A stretch of DNA of 64,000 nt, taken from Chiloscyllium plagiosum (Eukaryota). Each line of letters begins with the position of its first letter. The first letter of the stretch is position 1. The notes below the pieces were generated by a model, which was not told the origin of the DNA, ran no database searches, and was given only the letters and a program-made list of their open reading frames with translations. The stretch covers positions 39,868,556-39,932,555 of the forward strand of contig NC_057737.1 in assembly GCF_004010195.1 (NCBI RefSeq), read 5' to 3'. Below, piece after piece: positions 26,885 to 40,262 of the stretch. The position numbers were made by a program, and so were the translations under genes.

Positions 26885-27632
26885 TATAGAGTCATACGGC
26901 ATGGAAATAGACCCTTCAGTCCATGCTGACCATGTACCCAAACTAAGCTAGTCCCACCTGCCTGTACTTGGCCCATATCCATCCAAACCTTCCCTATTCA
27001 TGTCCTTACCTAAATGTCTTTTAAATGTTGTATTGCACCTGCATTTGCCACATCCTCTGGCAGTTCATTACCCACACAAACTACTCACTGTGTAAAATAA
27101 ATTGTCCTCATGTCTTTTTTTTAAAAACTTTCACCATTCACCTTAAAAATATGCCCCTTAGTTTTGAACTCCCCCACCCTAGGGAAAAGACCTGTCATTC
27201 ACCCTGTCAATGCCCCTCATGATTTTAAAAGCCTCCATAAGGTCACCCCACAGCCTCCTATGCTCCAGTGAAAAACGTTGCAGACTATCCAGTCTATTTT
27301 GACAACTCAAACCCTTCACTCCCAGTGGTAAATCCATTCTGAGCCCTCTCCAGTTTAACAATATCCTTCCTATAGCACGATGACCAGAACCCCACACAGT
27401 ACTCTTGAAGAGGCTTCATCAACATTCTGTACAACCTCAACATGACATCTCAACTCCTACACTCAAACACCTGAGTAATAAAGGCAAGCGTGCTAAATGC
27501 CTTCTTAACCATCCTGTGTGTCACAAACTTCAAAGGATTATATACCTGCACCCCTAGGGCCCTACCATGAATTGTCCTGCCCTTGTTTGTTTTACCTCAC
27601 ATTGATCCAAATTAAACTATATCTGCCACTCC
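26885..27632 (-). mobile_element. CR1/HER1 LINE 3' region
   Basis: FSLEHRRLWGDLMEAFKIMRG. Confidence 0.88.
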
Positions 27633-28204
27633 TTACTGTTCCAACACAATATGGTTAATTAAAATTACAAAGAGAAAATAAATGGTGATTGTTACAAACC
27701 AGTAGAAGCAAATGGGAAAACAAAATACCCAGTTTTGTTCATGTGCCTGTGTGTGTCTGAATCATTAATTCCCAGAGTGTGGGAAACTTGCATTTGGACT
27801 TGTGCATATAGAAGTGGTTTCAGGGAGCAGTATTCTCGGGTGGAGGAGATGGGAGAGAATTTAGACTGAATGAAGGTGAGGCAAATTTGTCTTGGGAGGG
27901 ATGAACGCAGCAGCAGACCATATTCCAGAGAGATGGAGTTTCTGGGAATGGGGATGAAGCTACCTCTGAGGGTAGGCCTGAAGAAGATTTGAAGTGGTAG
28001 CCAATCATTTTGAACAAGACCAGGACATTGCTTCACTGGTGCTGCCGGTAGCCAGAGAGGATGATACTGGGTTTCGCTGGTCTTACGCTCGTTTACAGCT
28101 TATTTGTTCACTCTGCACACTTTCACTTCAAATCCTTTATAATCTTTCTGCCCAAATCTAGTGGATCTGATGGACTCTAATCGCCACAACCCAGGATCGG
28201 TAAA

Positions 28205-28300
28205 CACAAACAGAAATGGCTAGAAAAGCTCAGCAGGCCCGGCAGCATCTGTGAAGAGAAATCAGATTTAATGTTTCGGGTCCAGTGACCCTTCCTCAGA
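28205..28300 (-). mobile_element. Penelope-like tail with hammerhead motif
   Basis: Minus strand reads ctgaggaagggtcactggacccgaaacatt; shorter tails at 32065-32142 and 26483-26585. Confidence 0.78.
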
Positions 28301-28924
28301 TCTCCAGATCAAAACTACAGTGACAGTGGGTGGTGTGCCTGTAGTACTGAGTCACTGACACTAGATGGCAGGAAGGGGCCCTGTCATAACACTTGACTGA
28401 ACTGGAAAGGACATTAAAATTATTCCTAATTTCGTGGTTTGGATGTCAGGAGGGATGTTGGATCTGACACTGGGTTGTGTGGGATGAAGGAAACTTGCAA
28501 ATCAATAATAATTTTGACAGCTACCAGCTCCTGTGGCTTATTAAGAGTAATGTGCTGTGAAAAGAAAGTTACCATTGGCTTTCCCCACTCACGACAGCCA
28601 GTAGCTGCCACACCCCAAAGATCCTGTAAAAAGTAAACTGGGACATTGCTGTGTGTTTGCACCAACAATGACAAGCCTCACCTAGGCAAAGAGTTTCCCT
28701 AAACCTGTCCACAGAGTAAGCCCTTCTTCATAATAGGAACATCCCTGTCAGGGCATACCTTCCACACCTGCATGGGGGCATTGACTCCATCCATCCATCA
28801 ATTCATCCGTCAACAAATAACACATGCCCCTCCCCATCACCTGTCCACCCCTCAGTGTTTTCCTCTCGTCCATCTCCACATCTCTCTCCCCTTCTCCTTT
28901 CCCTTCCCTGACCTCTCCCCCAGC

Positions 28925-28992
28925 NNNNNNNNNNNNNNNNNNNNNNNNNNNNNNNNNNNNNNNNNNNNNNNNNNNNNNNNNNNNNNNNNNNN
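28925..28992. other. Assembly gap
   Basis: Run of N. Confidence 1.
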
Positions 28993-29248
28993 AACAGGGT
29001 AACACCCCCCCCCCTTCCCACAGAGAAATATCTATATTATCTGACACACAGGGACGTAGGATCTAACATTGTGACTGGTTTTTAACTCAGCTTGAGCAGG
29101 AAGGGCCAGATTCTCCATTGATCATTGGTAAAATGAAGTGCATTTTCCCCTGAGATTGCAAATCCAGAGATGATGCGTTCCTTTCCCTGTGTATTGCTTT
29201 CTCTTCACTTCTGTATCTTTCTCTCTCTCTCTCCCACGCCATCCCTAG

Positions 29249-29260
29249 GCCCAGCACTGA
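29249..29260 (+). CDS. CLIP2: CLIP2 terminal coding segment (AQH-stop)
   Basis: Very long pyrimidine tract plus ctag, then GCC CAG CAC TGA; parallels the recalled mammalian ending DKH-stop. Confidence 0.8.
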   Translation, partial: AQH

Positions 29261-31288
29261 TGCCAGAGGTGTGTGTGAATAGGACAAGTCCATCGTTTAC
29301 TAGTTACCCTCTTGTGCACTTGAAAACGGCTGCCCTGCTTGAAGACTTGTGTTGTTTTGACTGCATTCTGTCATTGATGGAGCTCGGAGTTCCAAAGCCC
29401 TGGTGCCATCCCTGCCCCCATGTAAGGAGAACGGTGCATCAGGACTCGGCCACTTTGGCCAGTTTATCTACTCGACTGCAAGGCAGATGCATGAAAGAGT
29501 GAACATCACCCAAAGCGTGGGATAATATTTTCCTGGTGACTGACCATTTGTTTTTCTTGCAAGCAGAACAGGAGATGACACTGGGTTCTAAGAAGAACTG
29601 CTTTGGTTCAATGGGTTTGCAAAAATGGTATTTAATATCCAAGAACAAAACTGCATAATATCCGTATTCATTCAGGTTGGAAGTCTGTTTTTGATCACAA
29701 CCCATCAGTCTGTGTGCCCAAGTGTTGAAATATTAGAGGGACAATCACAAAGTTGAGGTTGAGACACACTGTTCAGAACAGTGGGAGAGACAGAACCCTA
29801 CTGAAACACTGATGAGATCCAAAACTGGTCGATATTTTCCTGCCTTCTGTTTCAGATTGCAAACATTAAGGCTGTTTGGCTGTCTGCGTAAACTGCAAAT
29901 AAAATCCCTTCTTAGTTTAGGAGCATGGATTTGCGACATTTTGTTGGGTTACAGCAGCCCTTTAAGCTCCATTCAGTAAGAGCATTGCTGATCTAATAAC
30001 TCCACCTTCCCGTCCGACTGATAACCTTTCACCCCTTTGCTTGTCAAGAGTATTTCTGTGTCAACGTTAAAAGTATTTGAGTACACTTTTTTTTCTACCA
30101 TTTTTTGGCGAACAGAGTTCTAAGAAATCTTGCCCTCTGTGAGAAAAAGAATTCTCTTCATCTCTGTTTTAGCTAATGCCCAGTGTTCAGGGTCTGATTG
30201 TGGGGAGAGCTCACAATCTGTCCTGATGTTAAAAAACTTGGTTGTTTAAAGCAGAACGCTGACTTGCCCTTCACGTTCAGACTTGACATGTGACAGCAAG
30301 AAAGCGGTAAACTCTTAACTTCTAAAGAATGTGATGTAATAGTAAATAGGAGGAAAAGAGTTACTTTATTTATTTCTTATTTGAAATCCTGTTTGATACT
30401 TAAAACACTGTGTGCTACCTACCCCTGTTCTCCCACACTAAGGATTAAGCTCAGAGCCTTCACCAGGCATCGAAATAATGAATCACTGTGGGACAAACCA
30501 AGATCCTGGGAAATTTATGCTTCCCTCAGTCAGTGGCATATTTTTAAAAAAATATTTTCAAGTATTTTCACTCCATGTAGCATTGAGACAAGCTCCCCTG
30601 TCTCAGATGCCCGGGGTGAAGGATCACATTAGTAGTTTAATATTAAAATTAGACACTAAACAAAAATACCCAACAATGCAAAGTTGCTTAAATGTTTCAG
30701 CTTAGCTTCAGTCAAAGTTCAAATACAATCCTTGCCTCAAACCGTTGCCAAAATTGCAGGAACCCTGGATCCAGCTAATTCACTACGCTATAGAGTTATT
30801 TAATATTATTTAAAAGTAGCTTTCAGAATTGTATTATTTAAGAATATTGACACTCGTTTTCCTTTTTCTCGGAAATATTCCCTTTCTCGGTCTGACCTTT
30901 GTGCTGGTCATGGTGGGGAGTAGTAGTATTGGAGAAAAATGAACTGTTTACATTGTTATTGTCAAGTGCTCAAATGTCAAATGTAGCTGACTTAAATCCA
31001 GAGTAAAGCGCCCTCAACACTGCCCCTGAGAATTGTGCCTCAAAATGGTGCCCGTGAAATTGGCCATTCTTCTAAACTGAGTAAGACTGCCAATTTGATA
31101 TTGGGGATTGATGAAAGTATGCTTTAACTTCTCTTTGAATCTTTTTGCTATGTATCATCCTTTAAGCAAGATGGGAGGCAACTCCCTGTTCTTTTACCTG
31201 CCCTGATGTACTAGAATACTGTACCCTCCCCCATATTTTGCCTGAAGACCTATTTTGTCCTTCCTTCTTTCTCCCAATAATGTGACAG

Positions 31289-31626
31289 AGATTCATAGAG
31301 TCCTTACAGTGTGGAAGCAGGCCTTTTGGTCCATCCATTCCACACAAACCTTCCGAAGAGCATCTCACTCAGACCCAGCCCTCCTACTCCTCTATTTCCC
31401 ATGGATGATCCACCTAGCCTGCACATCCTGGGCAATCTAGCATTGCCAATCCACCTTAATCTGCACATCTTTGGACTGTGGGAGGAAACCGCAACACCCA
31501 GAGGAAGCCTGCATGGACACAGGGAGAGCATGCAAACTCCACACAGACATGGTCCAAGGCTGGAATTGAACCTGGGTCCCTGGCACTGTGAGGTCACAGT
31601 GCTAACCACTGAGCCACCGTGCCATC
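31289..31626 (-). mobile_element. HE1-type V-SINE inside the putative CLIP2 3' UTR
   Basis: Reverse complement of head, core and tail. Confidence 0.9.
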
Positions 31627-32711
31627 CTGATAGAAACTCATTGAAAGTCATGGCAGTGAATCTGCCTCCTCTTAGTTTTGCTCTTCCAGTGAAAAGCGGG
31701 TCTTAATGAGGAAATATGGAGACAATTCCCTGTGTCAAACTGCTACAGCTTATACTGGTAGAGATGCGGAATTAAATCCTTTGATGCGTACTTCTTTAGC
31801 AAGGATTCTGAACGTGATTCAGTTAAAAACAGAATTTAAAAGTAATGACTTCATTTGAAACAAAAGTTAAATTTTGAAGAATAATTTTAATCTTAAGTTT
31901 ACAAAATTAACCTCATCTCAATGGCCTTTGGTGGGAGAGATTCTAATTTTCATGACCTTACTTTATGAACAACTGCAGATCATCACCCTTGCTGTAAATG
32001 TAACATTGTTCTGGGCTCCCTTGTGGAGGTAAAGATTTATTTCCATCTATCCTTCTGTTCATCACAAACAAAAACAGAAGTTGCTGGAAAGGCCCAGCAG
32101 ATCTGGCAGCATCTGTGAAGAGAAATCAGAGTTAACGTTTCACCTTAAACATCTCCTGAGGTATTGAGGGGTCCAGGATGTTTTTAAGCAGTTTATTGCA
32201 ACTTTGGGTTATATCCACCTGTCAGCTTTTTCCATGATTCGAGCCAGGGCACTGGCTGTAAATTGGTTCTAAATTATTGAAACCTCTACAATCAGCAATA
32301 ATGAAATCTTATTCATAATTAGAATTATTAATTATTCATAATTAGAATCCTGGCCATATTCCACACATTTCCCGAAGGATAGTAATCCACAATGAGTGGA
32401 GTGTTCTGTAGGTTTAATTCAATGATACGGATGTAAGATTTATTTTGATTGCCTTTCCAGTCAAAATGTGAATTAGTTAACTAGAGTAAACTGAAGAGCA
32501 TTAATCGGAGTAGACCTCGTAAATATTACATTAGCAAAGTAACTGTAGGAAAATGGCTCCTATTTCTCTCTTGCCTTATATGTGACTTTTCCAGGGTATC
32601 AGGCCTCTAGCTGCTTCTTCACCTGCTATTCCCCACTCATAATACAAAGCACTAAGAAACTGGTTGCATTGTCCTCTCTCATTTCAAATGTTGCACTCCC
32701 ACACATACAAG

Positions 32712-32750
32712 TATATATATAGATATACATATATATGTATATAAAATATA
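32712..32750. repeat. Imperfect (TA)n microsatellite
   Basis: tatatatatagatatacatatatatgtatata. Confidence 0.85.
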
Positions 32751-34154
32751 AAACTCTGTATAAAATCAATCTGTTATGTGACTATTCAGTTCTCCGTAAT
32801 GTAACAAACATCAAATACTTCCAGTGTGCAGGCTGCAAGCAATAGCTTACTGAGAGAGATTATTGAGTGGCAGAGTGAGCTGGTACAGGTTGGCTAGTTA
32901 TCAGGTTCTGTGGCCTGAACCATGTGGATTGGGCGGATTGATTCCAGGATCATTCAGAACCAATATTGTAGTCTCGCATGAAATATCTAATTCTATTCTG
33001 AATTGATTATCTGTAATAACAATAAAAGCCAGCAAATAGGAATATACAGTGAGGAACTGTGGGTTACTGATTTGGTCATTCATTACTGTAACTGTAAAGA
33101 TGGCTTTTCTGCCATTTTCCTCCCTGTAGGTGCCATTTTATATTGCAAACCAACACCTTTTTTTGTAATGAGGTTATGAAATCTTTCTCTTGCCCTCCCC
33201 TTCCCTCTGCCTTGGTTCCATTTTCATCCCCCATTGGATCTTGACAACCTGCATTTCCCTGGCAGCTGTAAGGGAGGATCATTATGTGTCTCAGTAGAAA
33301 GGTACTCCTATCCAGTTCTTGGCAGGGGAGGGGAGGCAGAACTGTAACTGGAAACTGTGCCTCCCACACTTCACCCACTGCACACCACTTACTGTAGAAG
33401 GTGAGGAGGCACCCACTCTAAGCTGTGGTACCCACGTGTGGCTGAGATTGGAAGATCAGGTCAGGGAGAGTTTGAAATGTCATCCCTCCACTCCCATCTC
33501 AGTTGTAGTCTTCTAACTCATCAGAAGAGCAAATCAATGCCAACATGGGCTTTTGCAACATTGACAGGATGATGAATTATGTTCTGAGCCCATTCCACGT
33601 AGTTCATCTGTCTGCAGCTATTCCCAGAACTTATTTGCACCTGTTCTGACATTACCATCTTGAATAAGCTTTATAGTGAGGCTGCTTGATAGAACCAACA
33701 TAATTAAACTTCCAAAAGGGATTACAGCTACACCATAATGAATAAAATGGTCTGTGACTAATGTTTGATTCCTAGGTGAATGTGTACATAACCTTCTTGC
33801 ACCTGGAGCATTTTTCCCGAGTCTGTGTAGTGGGGCTGTTGAATGAATAAATGGTGCCCAAAGGTGCAATGCATTGTGGGCATATCCCTCGTCTGTGTGT
33901 GGTATAGTGCAAGCAATATAGCTTTGTTAACCCATCAGATTTCCACACTGTATATAGGAAGTACGAAATGGTCCCCTTGTACTCTGGTACCTGTGATGCA
34001 GATTATAGTCAAAACCCAGCCCGAATTCCCATTTGTCGTCTTAATGTGTGGAACTGGTTGTGAATATTTAATCTTTTAACAGTCTGTTATGACTATTGCT
34101 GTACCCATTACAGTAAACTGCATGAAGATGTACATGTGTTAACCTTGTTTTCAG

Positions 34155-34160
34155 AATAAA
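34155..34160 (+). terminator. Polyadenylation signal (probable distal CLIP2 site)
   Basis: AATAAA followed by gctgttttctttgg; TE-dense DNA resumes soon after; other AATAAA at 33021, 33741 and 33846. Confidence 0.55.
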
Positions 34161-35042
34161 ATTAATGCTGTTTTCTTTGGCTACTTTCTTACATTGATAA
34201 GAGGCAAAGGACATTCTGCCCCATTACCCAGGAAAAGTAATGACCTGGTGGTATTATCGCTGGACAGTTAATCTAGAGACCCAGATAATGGTTTGGGGAA
34301 CTTGGATTCAAATCCTGCTGGAACATCTTTAACTCTGGCATCCCTGATTACACTAGAATATTGTGAATCAAATCTTTGTGTAACAGTTTGACTAACAACT
34401 AGTATCAAAGGTCTTTTTCATGGTGTATGTCTGAAACACTTAGAAAGGCAGTAGCCAAGAGTTAAGACTTACCACAGCAAATGACTGAGCGGCCTACGTG
34501 AGATGCAGCCTCCTTACAGAGATGCAGCACATTCTCCTAAACCCAGCAAAACTAATGATAGGTTAGACACGAATTGAGGCATGAGGACTTAGAGTCATAG
34601 AGATGTACAGCATGGAAACAGACCTTTCGGCCTTCCTCTGGCAGCTCAATCCATACACGTACCACCCTCTGTGTGAAAACGTTGCCCCTTAGGTCTCTTT
34701 TATATCTTTCCCCTCTCACCCTAAACCTATGCCCTCTAGTTCTGGACTCCCCGATCCCAGGGAAAAGACTTTGTCTATTTATCCTACCCATGCCCCTCAT
34801 GATTTTGTAAATCTCTATGAGCTCAGCCTCCGGCGCTCCAGGGAAAACAGCCCCAGCCTGTTCAGCCTCTCCCTATAGCTCAAATCCTCCAACCCTGGCA
34901 ACATCCTTGTAAATCTTTTCTGAACCCTTTCAAGTTTCACAACATCTTTCCGATAGGAAGGAGACCAGAATTGCACGCAATATTCCAACAGTGGCCTAAC
35001 CAATGTCCTGTACAGCCGCAACATGACCTCCCAACTACTGTA

Positions 35043-35272
35043 GAAGAAAGTGAGGACTGCAGATGCTGGAGATCAGAGCTGAAAATGTGTTGCTGGAAAA
35101 GCGCAGCAGGTCAGGCAGCATACAAGGAGCAGGAGAATCAACGTTTCGGGCATGAGCCCTTCAGGTCACACTTTCCTCATTCCTGAAGAAGGGCTCATGC
35201 CCGAAATGTCGATTCTCCTGCTCCTTGGATGCTGCCTGACCTGCTGCGCTTTTCCAGCAACACATTTTCAGC
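35043..35272. mobile_element. Fold-back Penelope-derived insertion
   Basis: ~90 bp inverted arms (35077-35165 and 35182-35273) with a ~16 nt loop; host sequence ctcccaa(c/t)tactgta duplicated on both sides. Confidence 0.85.
35178..35215 (+). ncRNA. Minimal hammerhead ribozyme motif (stem III CpG-decayed)
   Basis: CUGAAGA-a-GGGC(ucau)GCCC-GAAA-UGUC. Confidence 0.6.
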
Positions 35273-35441
35273 TCCCAATTACTGTACTCAATACTCTGAC
35301 CGATAAAGGAAAGCATACCAAATGCTGCCTTCTCCTATTTATTCCATAGATAATATTCACGTGGTTAAAACCTTACTGTATACTGTATCAGCAAAATGTA
35401 TGGATCAGCTTCCAATTGCTTGTCCTTGACTGGGTCTAGGT

Positions 35442-35953
35442 CCTCATATCTCTTTCTGCTCCCTTGCTAATTGCTTTTTGAGTTGTCTCTGCTAGTTTTT
35501 TAAGACTTCTCAATCCTCTGGTTTCCCACAAATCTTCACCACCTTCCATGCTGTGAAGCTGTCGGTGACCTCTCTCGATGGTCTAGGTCCTATTCACTCA
35601 TCTTCTTTCCACAACCCCCCACCAAGAAATCTAATCCCATTCTCTCTGGCCAACTTTGGCTTTGAACCTGATAACACCTCAGTATTAAAATCCTCCGTCT
35701 TTAAGTCCCTTGGTAGCTTGAGTTGCCAAAGAACCTCAAACCCAATCACACTACGGGGGTGGAGAGGGGAATGCTTCAATTGTTGGACGGACTGCCAGTG
35801 GACGTAACCATGGCCATCGAGAGAGGTCACCGACAGCTTCACAGCATGGGAGGTGGTGAAGATTTGTGGGAAACCAGAGGATTGAGAAGTCTTAAAAAAC
35901 TAGCAGAGACAACTCAAAAAGCAATTAGCAAGGGAGCAGAAAGAGATATGAGG
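35442..35953. repeat. 140-bp inverted repeat (arms 35442-35581 and 35814-35953)
   Basis: One mismatch by hand comparison. Confidence 0.92.
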
Positions 35954-37462
35954 GAAAGCTGGCTAGTTTTTATTTTAAGATGTACAAAAATTAATGGAGT
36001 GGCAAGAGTGGACATTGAACTGCTGGAAAATGAGGCTGGAGAAGTAAGGGGGAACAAAGAAATGGCAGAGAAACTGAAGAAAGATTGCGTTAGTCTTCGT
36101 GGTGGAAGATACCAGCAGCATACCAGATCTTCAAAAGAGTCAAGAACAGAGGTGAGTCTAGTGGCCATGGGTAAGGAGAAGCTGAAAGGTCTGAAGGTGG
36201 ATAAATCACCTAGACCAGCTGGAGTACACCCCAGGGTTCTGAAGGAGATTGCAGAGGCCTTAGTGGTATTTTTCTGGAGTCACTAGAGTCAGAGAAGGTC
36301 CAAGAGCGACTGGAAAATAGCTAATGTAACACCTCTGTTTATGAAGGAAGGAGGCAGAAGTTAGGAAGCTATAGGATGTTTAGCTTGACCTTGGTTGATG
36401 GTAAGATTTTAGAGTCTATTATTGAGGATGAGATTCGAAGTGCGTGGTAAAATAGGGTTGAGTCAGCATAGCTTCATCAAGGGGACATCATACCCCTGAT
36501 GAATCTGTTAGAATTCTTTTGAGGAGGTAATGAGCAAGTTCAACAAAGGAGAGCCAGTGGGTGTGATGTATTTGGATTTCCAAAAGGCTGACAAAGTGCC
36601 ACTCAGGATGCTGCTAAATAAGACAAGAGGCCATGGTGTTAGAGTCAAGGTTCTGGAATGGACAGAGGATTGGCTGACTGGCAGACAGATGGGATAAACA
36701 AGCCTTTTTCAGGATGACAGCCAGTGACTAGTTGAGTTCCAAAAGGGTCTGTGTTGAGACCACAACTATTCATGTTCTACATCAACAACCTGGATGAAGG
36801 AACTGAGGGTGATGTTGCTAAGTTTGCAGATGACACAAAGATAAGTGGAGGGACAGGTATTGTAAGGAAATGGAAGCTATAGGAGGACTTGGACAAAAAA
36901 GTGACATATGGAATACAATGTGGGGAAATGTGAGGTTATGCACTTTGGGTGGAAAAATAGAGGCACAAACCTGTTTCTAAATACGAAAGGCTTTGGAAAT
37001 CTAACGCACAAAGGAGTCCTAATTCTGGATTCTCTTAAGGTTACCATGTAAGTTCAGTTGGTAGTTTGGAAGGCAAATGAAATATTAGCATTCATTTCAA
37101 GAGGGCTAGAGTACAAGAGCAGGGATGTGCTGCTGAGGCTGTATAAGGCTCTGATCAGACCATATTTGGAATATTGTGGGCAGTTTTGGGCCCTGTATCT
37201 AAGGAAGGATAGACTGGCATTGCGAGGGGTCTGGAGGAGTTTAACAAGAATAATCCCAGGGATGAAGGGCTTGTTATATGAGGTGCAGTTGAGGACTCTG
37301 GATATGTACTTGATGGAGTTTAGAAGGATGAGGGGCTCTCTAATTGAAACTTACAGAATAATGAAAGAGTTGGATAGAGTGGACATGGAGAAGATGCTTC
37401 CCCCAGTAGGAGAGACTAGAACCTGAGGGCACAGCTTCACAGTAAAAGGACAACCCTTTCAA
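35860..37462 (+). mobile_element. CR1 LINE ORF2 (degenerate, internally deleted)
   Basis: LKVDKSPRPAGVHPRVLKE, YLDFQKA, KFADDTK, LYKALIRPYLEYC. Confidence 0.92.
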
Positions 37463-37464
37463 AC

Positions 37465-37912
37465 TGGTCCTGGGTTTGGAAGGCGCTGCAAAGGATCTTT
37501 AGTGAATCTCTGCAGTGGGTCTTGTAGATAATACACACTGCTGCTACTGAGTGTTAGTGGTGGAGGGGGTGGATGTTTCTGGATTTCATGCCAATCAAGC
37601 GGGCTGCTTTGACCTTGATGGTGTCAAGCTTCTTGAGTGTTGATGGAGCTGCACCCATCCAGGCAAGTGGGGAGTGTTCCATCACCCTCCTGACTTGTGC
37701 CATTGGGGAGTCAGGAGGTGTGATACTGCAGGATTTCTAGCCTCTCACCTGTTCTTGTAGCCACTGCATTTATTGAGTTTCTGGTCAATAGTAACTCCAT
37801 GGATATTGATAATTGAAGGTTCAGTGATTGTAACACTGTCAAGGGGTAGTGATTAGATTGTTTCTTATTGGAGGTGGTCATTACCTGGCATTTGTGTGGC
37901 TTGAACATTATG
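37465..37912 (-). mobile_element. LINE fragment of a second CR1/L2-group family
   Basis: Minus strand FKPHKCQVMT.SNK; related pieces at 40420-40670 and 58500-58620. Confidence 0.6.
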
Positions 37913-38889
37913 TTGCTTAACAGAGGTTTACAGTGATGCCATTTTCTTCCACATTTACAAATTCACTAGCCAGCTGAACATCCTTAAACATCATTTTGCT
38001 TCGAGCTCTGCTGTTTCCCATTCACGTGAAGGGTAAAACCAGCAAGAGGATTCAAACACAGAGATACTATAAACGAGGAGAAGCAGTCAAAACTGGGGAC
38101 AGGGCTAAGGATTTGCACAAAGATGTGAAGTATTAAGAAAATGAGGAAAGATCAAAGAAATACTAAATACAAAATCCTCAAAATCGTGAAGAATGTGTAG
38201 AATAATCTACAACATCAGCAAGTAATGGAACCAAACTCGTACCGAACGTCCCCGGACTCTGTCCATTTACCTGCAAAATTAAAACAGCCTGACTCTGGAA
38301 AACAAAAATGATGCTGGTAGAAATCTGAAACTGAAATGCCACTGTAGAGGTCAGTGCTTTGTGTTCAAAGAGAGCAAACAGATTGATATTTTGGGTGTGG
38401 TTTGTTTTCTGTTTTTGACTCTGGATTGTAGGTGAGAGCCAATATCAACATCTACTTCATCTACTGTGACAAATGATAATAAAGAGGATGCATGATGTGC
38501 CAATAACCTAAAGGTAAGGAGCGCCTTTATGTCCCAGGAAGCAAAGTGGTCAGTAAGTGCAGGATGGAAATAGGAAGGTGATTAGGAGGGAAGGTGACCA
38601 TTCAATCATATAATCAGACATGGTTTGCATTTGCCTGAATTTCCAATATGTACCTTCAATGGATAAGGCTTCCTGTTGAGAACAAGAATTTGGAAAATAT
38701 CCATACACAGTAGATCATTATCGAAGTAAAAAGAGATGACTTCTCAACATTCACTAATATTAACTTCTTAAATGCATCGACTAGTACAATCATGCCCATA
38801 ACTTCACTCTCTGCTTATAATTTAATTTTCACTTCATCCTCTTTCTCTATGAACACTGATGCAAACCTCTTGCTTTTAACTGTAAGCCT

Positions 38890-40262
38890 ACAAGAGAAGC
38901 CTGGCAACTACAGAGCTGCGAGTCTGGCATCAGTGGTGGATAGGTGTTGGTGTTTCTGACAGGTAGGACTTATGTGCACTTGGAGAGGCAAGGAATGATT
39001 AGGGATAGTCAGCATGATGTGTGAGGAAAATCATGACTCACAAACTTGGAAGTTTCTGAGGAAATTACCAGAAAGATTGATGAGGTTAGAGCGATAAACA
39101 TTGTTTACTTGGGCTTTAGTAAAGCCCTTGACAAGGTTCTGCATGGTAGACTAGTTAGAAAAGTTCGATCACATGGGATTTGGGGAGAACTTGTCAAGTG
39201 GATATACAATTGGCTTTACAGTAGGAGACAGAGGGTGGTGTTGGAAGGGTGTTTTTCAGACTGGAGGCCTGTGACTAGGAGTGTTCCACAGGGATTGGTG
39301 CTAGGTCCTGTTTTGGTTGTCATTTATAAGAGTGGTTTGAATGTGAATATAGGAGGCATGGTGAGTAAGTTTGCAGATGACATGAAGATTGGTGGCAATG
39401 TGGACAATGAAGAAGGTTATCTAATATTACAAAGAGATCTTGATCAATAGGGTCAATGGGCTGAGCAGTGGCAGATAGAGTTTAATTTGGATAAATGCAA
39501 GGTATTGCATTTTGGTAAAACAAACAGGGGCAGAATTTATATAATTAATGGTAGAGCCCTGAATAGTGTTGTAGAACAGAGAGACCTAGGGAGTCAGGTA
39601 TATATTCTTTGAAATTTGTGTCACAGGGAGACAGGGTGGTTAAGAAGGCATTTAGCATGCTTGCCTTCATTGCTCAGATCTTTCTGTATAGGAATTGGAA
39701 CATCATATTGAAGTTGTGTAGGACATTGGTGATGCCTCTTCTAGAATGCTGTGTGCAGTTCTGGTCACCCTGTTATAGGAAGGATATTATTAAACTGGAG
39801 AGGATTCAGAAAAACTTTCGGGGTTTTACCCGGAATGGAGGGTTTAAGTTATAAAAATAGACTGGGACATTTTTCACTGGAGCATAGGAGGTTGAGGGGT
39901 GACCTTATAAAGGTTTATAAAACCATGAGGGGCATGGGATAAGGTGAATAGCAAAGGTCTTTTCCCTAAAGTGGGGGATTTCAAAACAAGGGGGCAGAGT
40001 TTTAAGGTGAGAAGAGTGGTACATGAGGGGCAACTTTTTGACACAGAGTGGTTCAAATGTGGAATGAACTGCAAGAGGAAGTGATGGATGTAGGTACAGT
40101 TATAACGTTTAAAAGATATTTGGATAGGTACGTGAACAGGAAAGGTTTGGAGGGATATGGACCAGGAGCAGGCAGGTGGGACTAGTTTAGTTTGGGAACA
40201 TGCTCAGTGTGGACTAGTTGGACCGAAGGGTCTGTTTCCATGCTGTATGATTCTATGACTCT
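38890..40262 (+). mobile_element. CR1/HER1 LINE RT to 3' end
   Basis: YLGFSKALDKVLH, SVPQGLVLGP, SKFADDMK; (ctatga) tail. Confidence 0.93.

Larger units (their letters stand above)
29261..34180 (+). other. Probable CLIP2 3' UTR (~4.9 kb)
   Basis: TE-poor AT-rich stretch after the stop codon, ending at an AATAAA followed by a GT-rich tract. Confidence 0.6.
34590..35332 (-). mobile_element. CR1/HER1 LINE 3' region (young), interrupted by a Penelope hairpin
   Basis: LYRTLVRPLLEYCVQFWSPSYRKDVVKLERVQKRFTRM. Confidence 0.92.
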
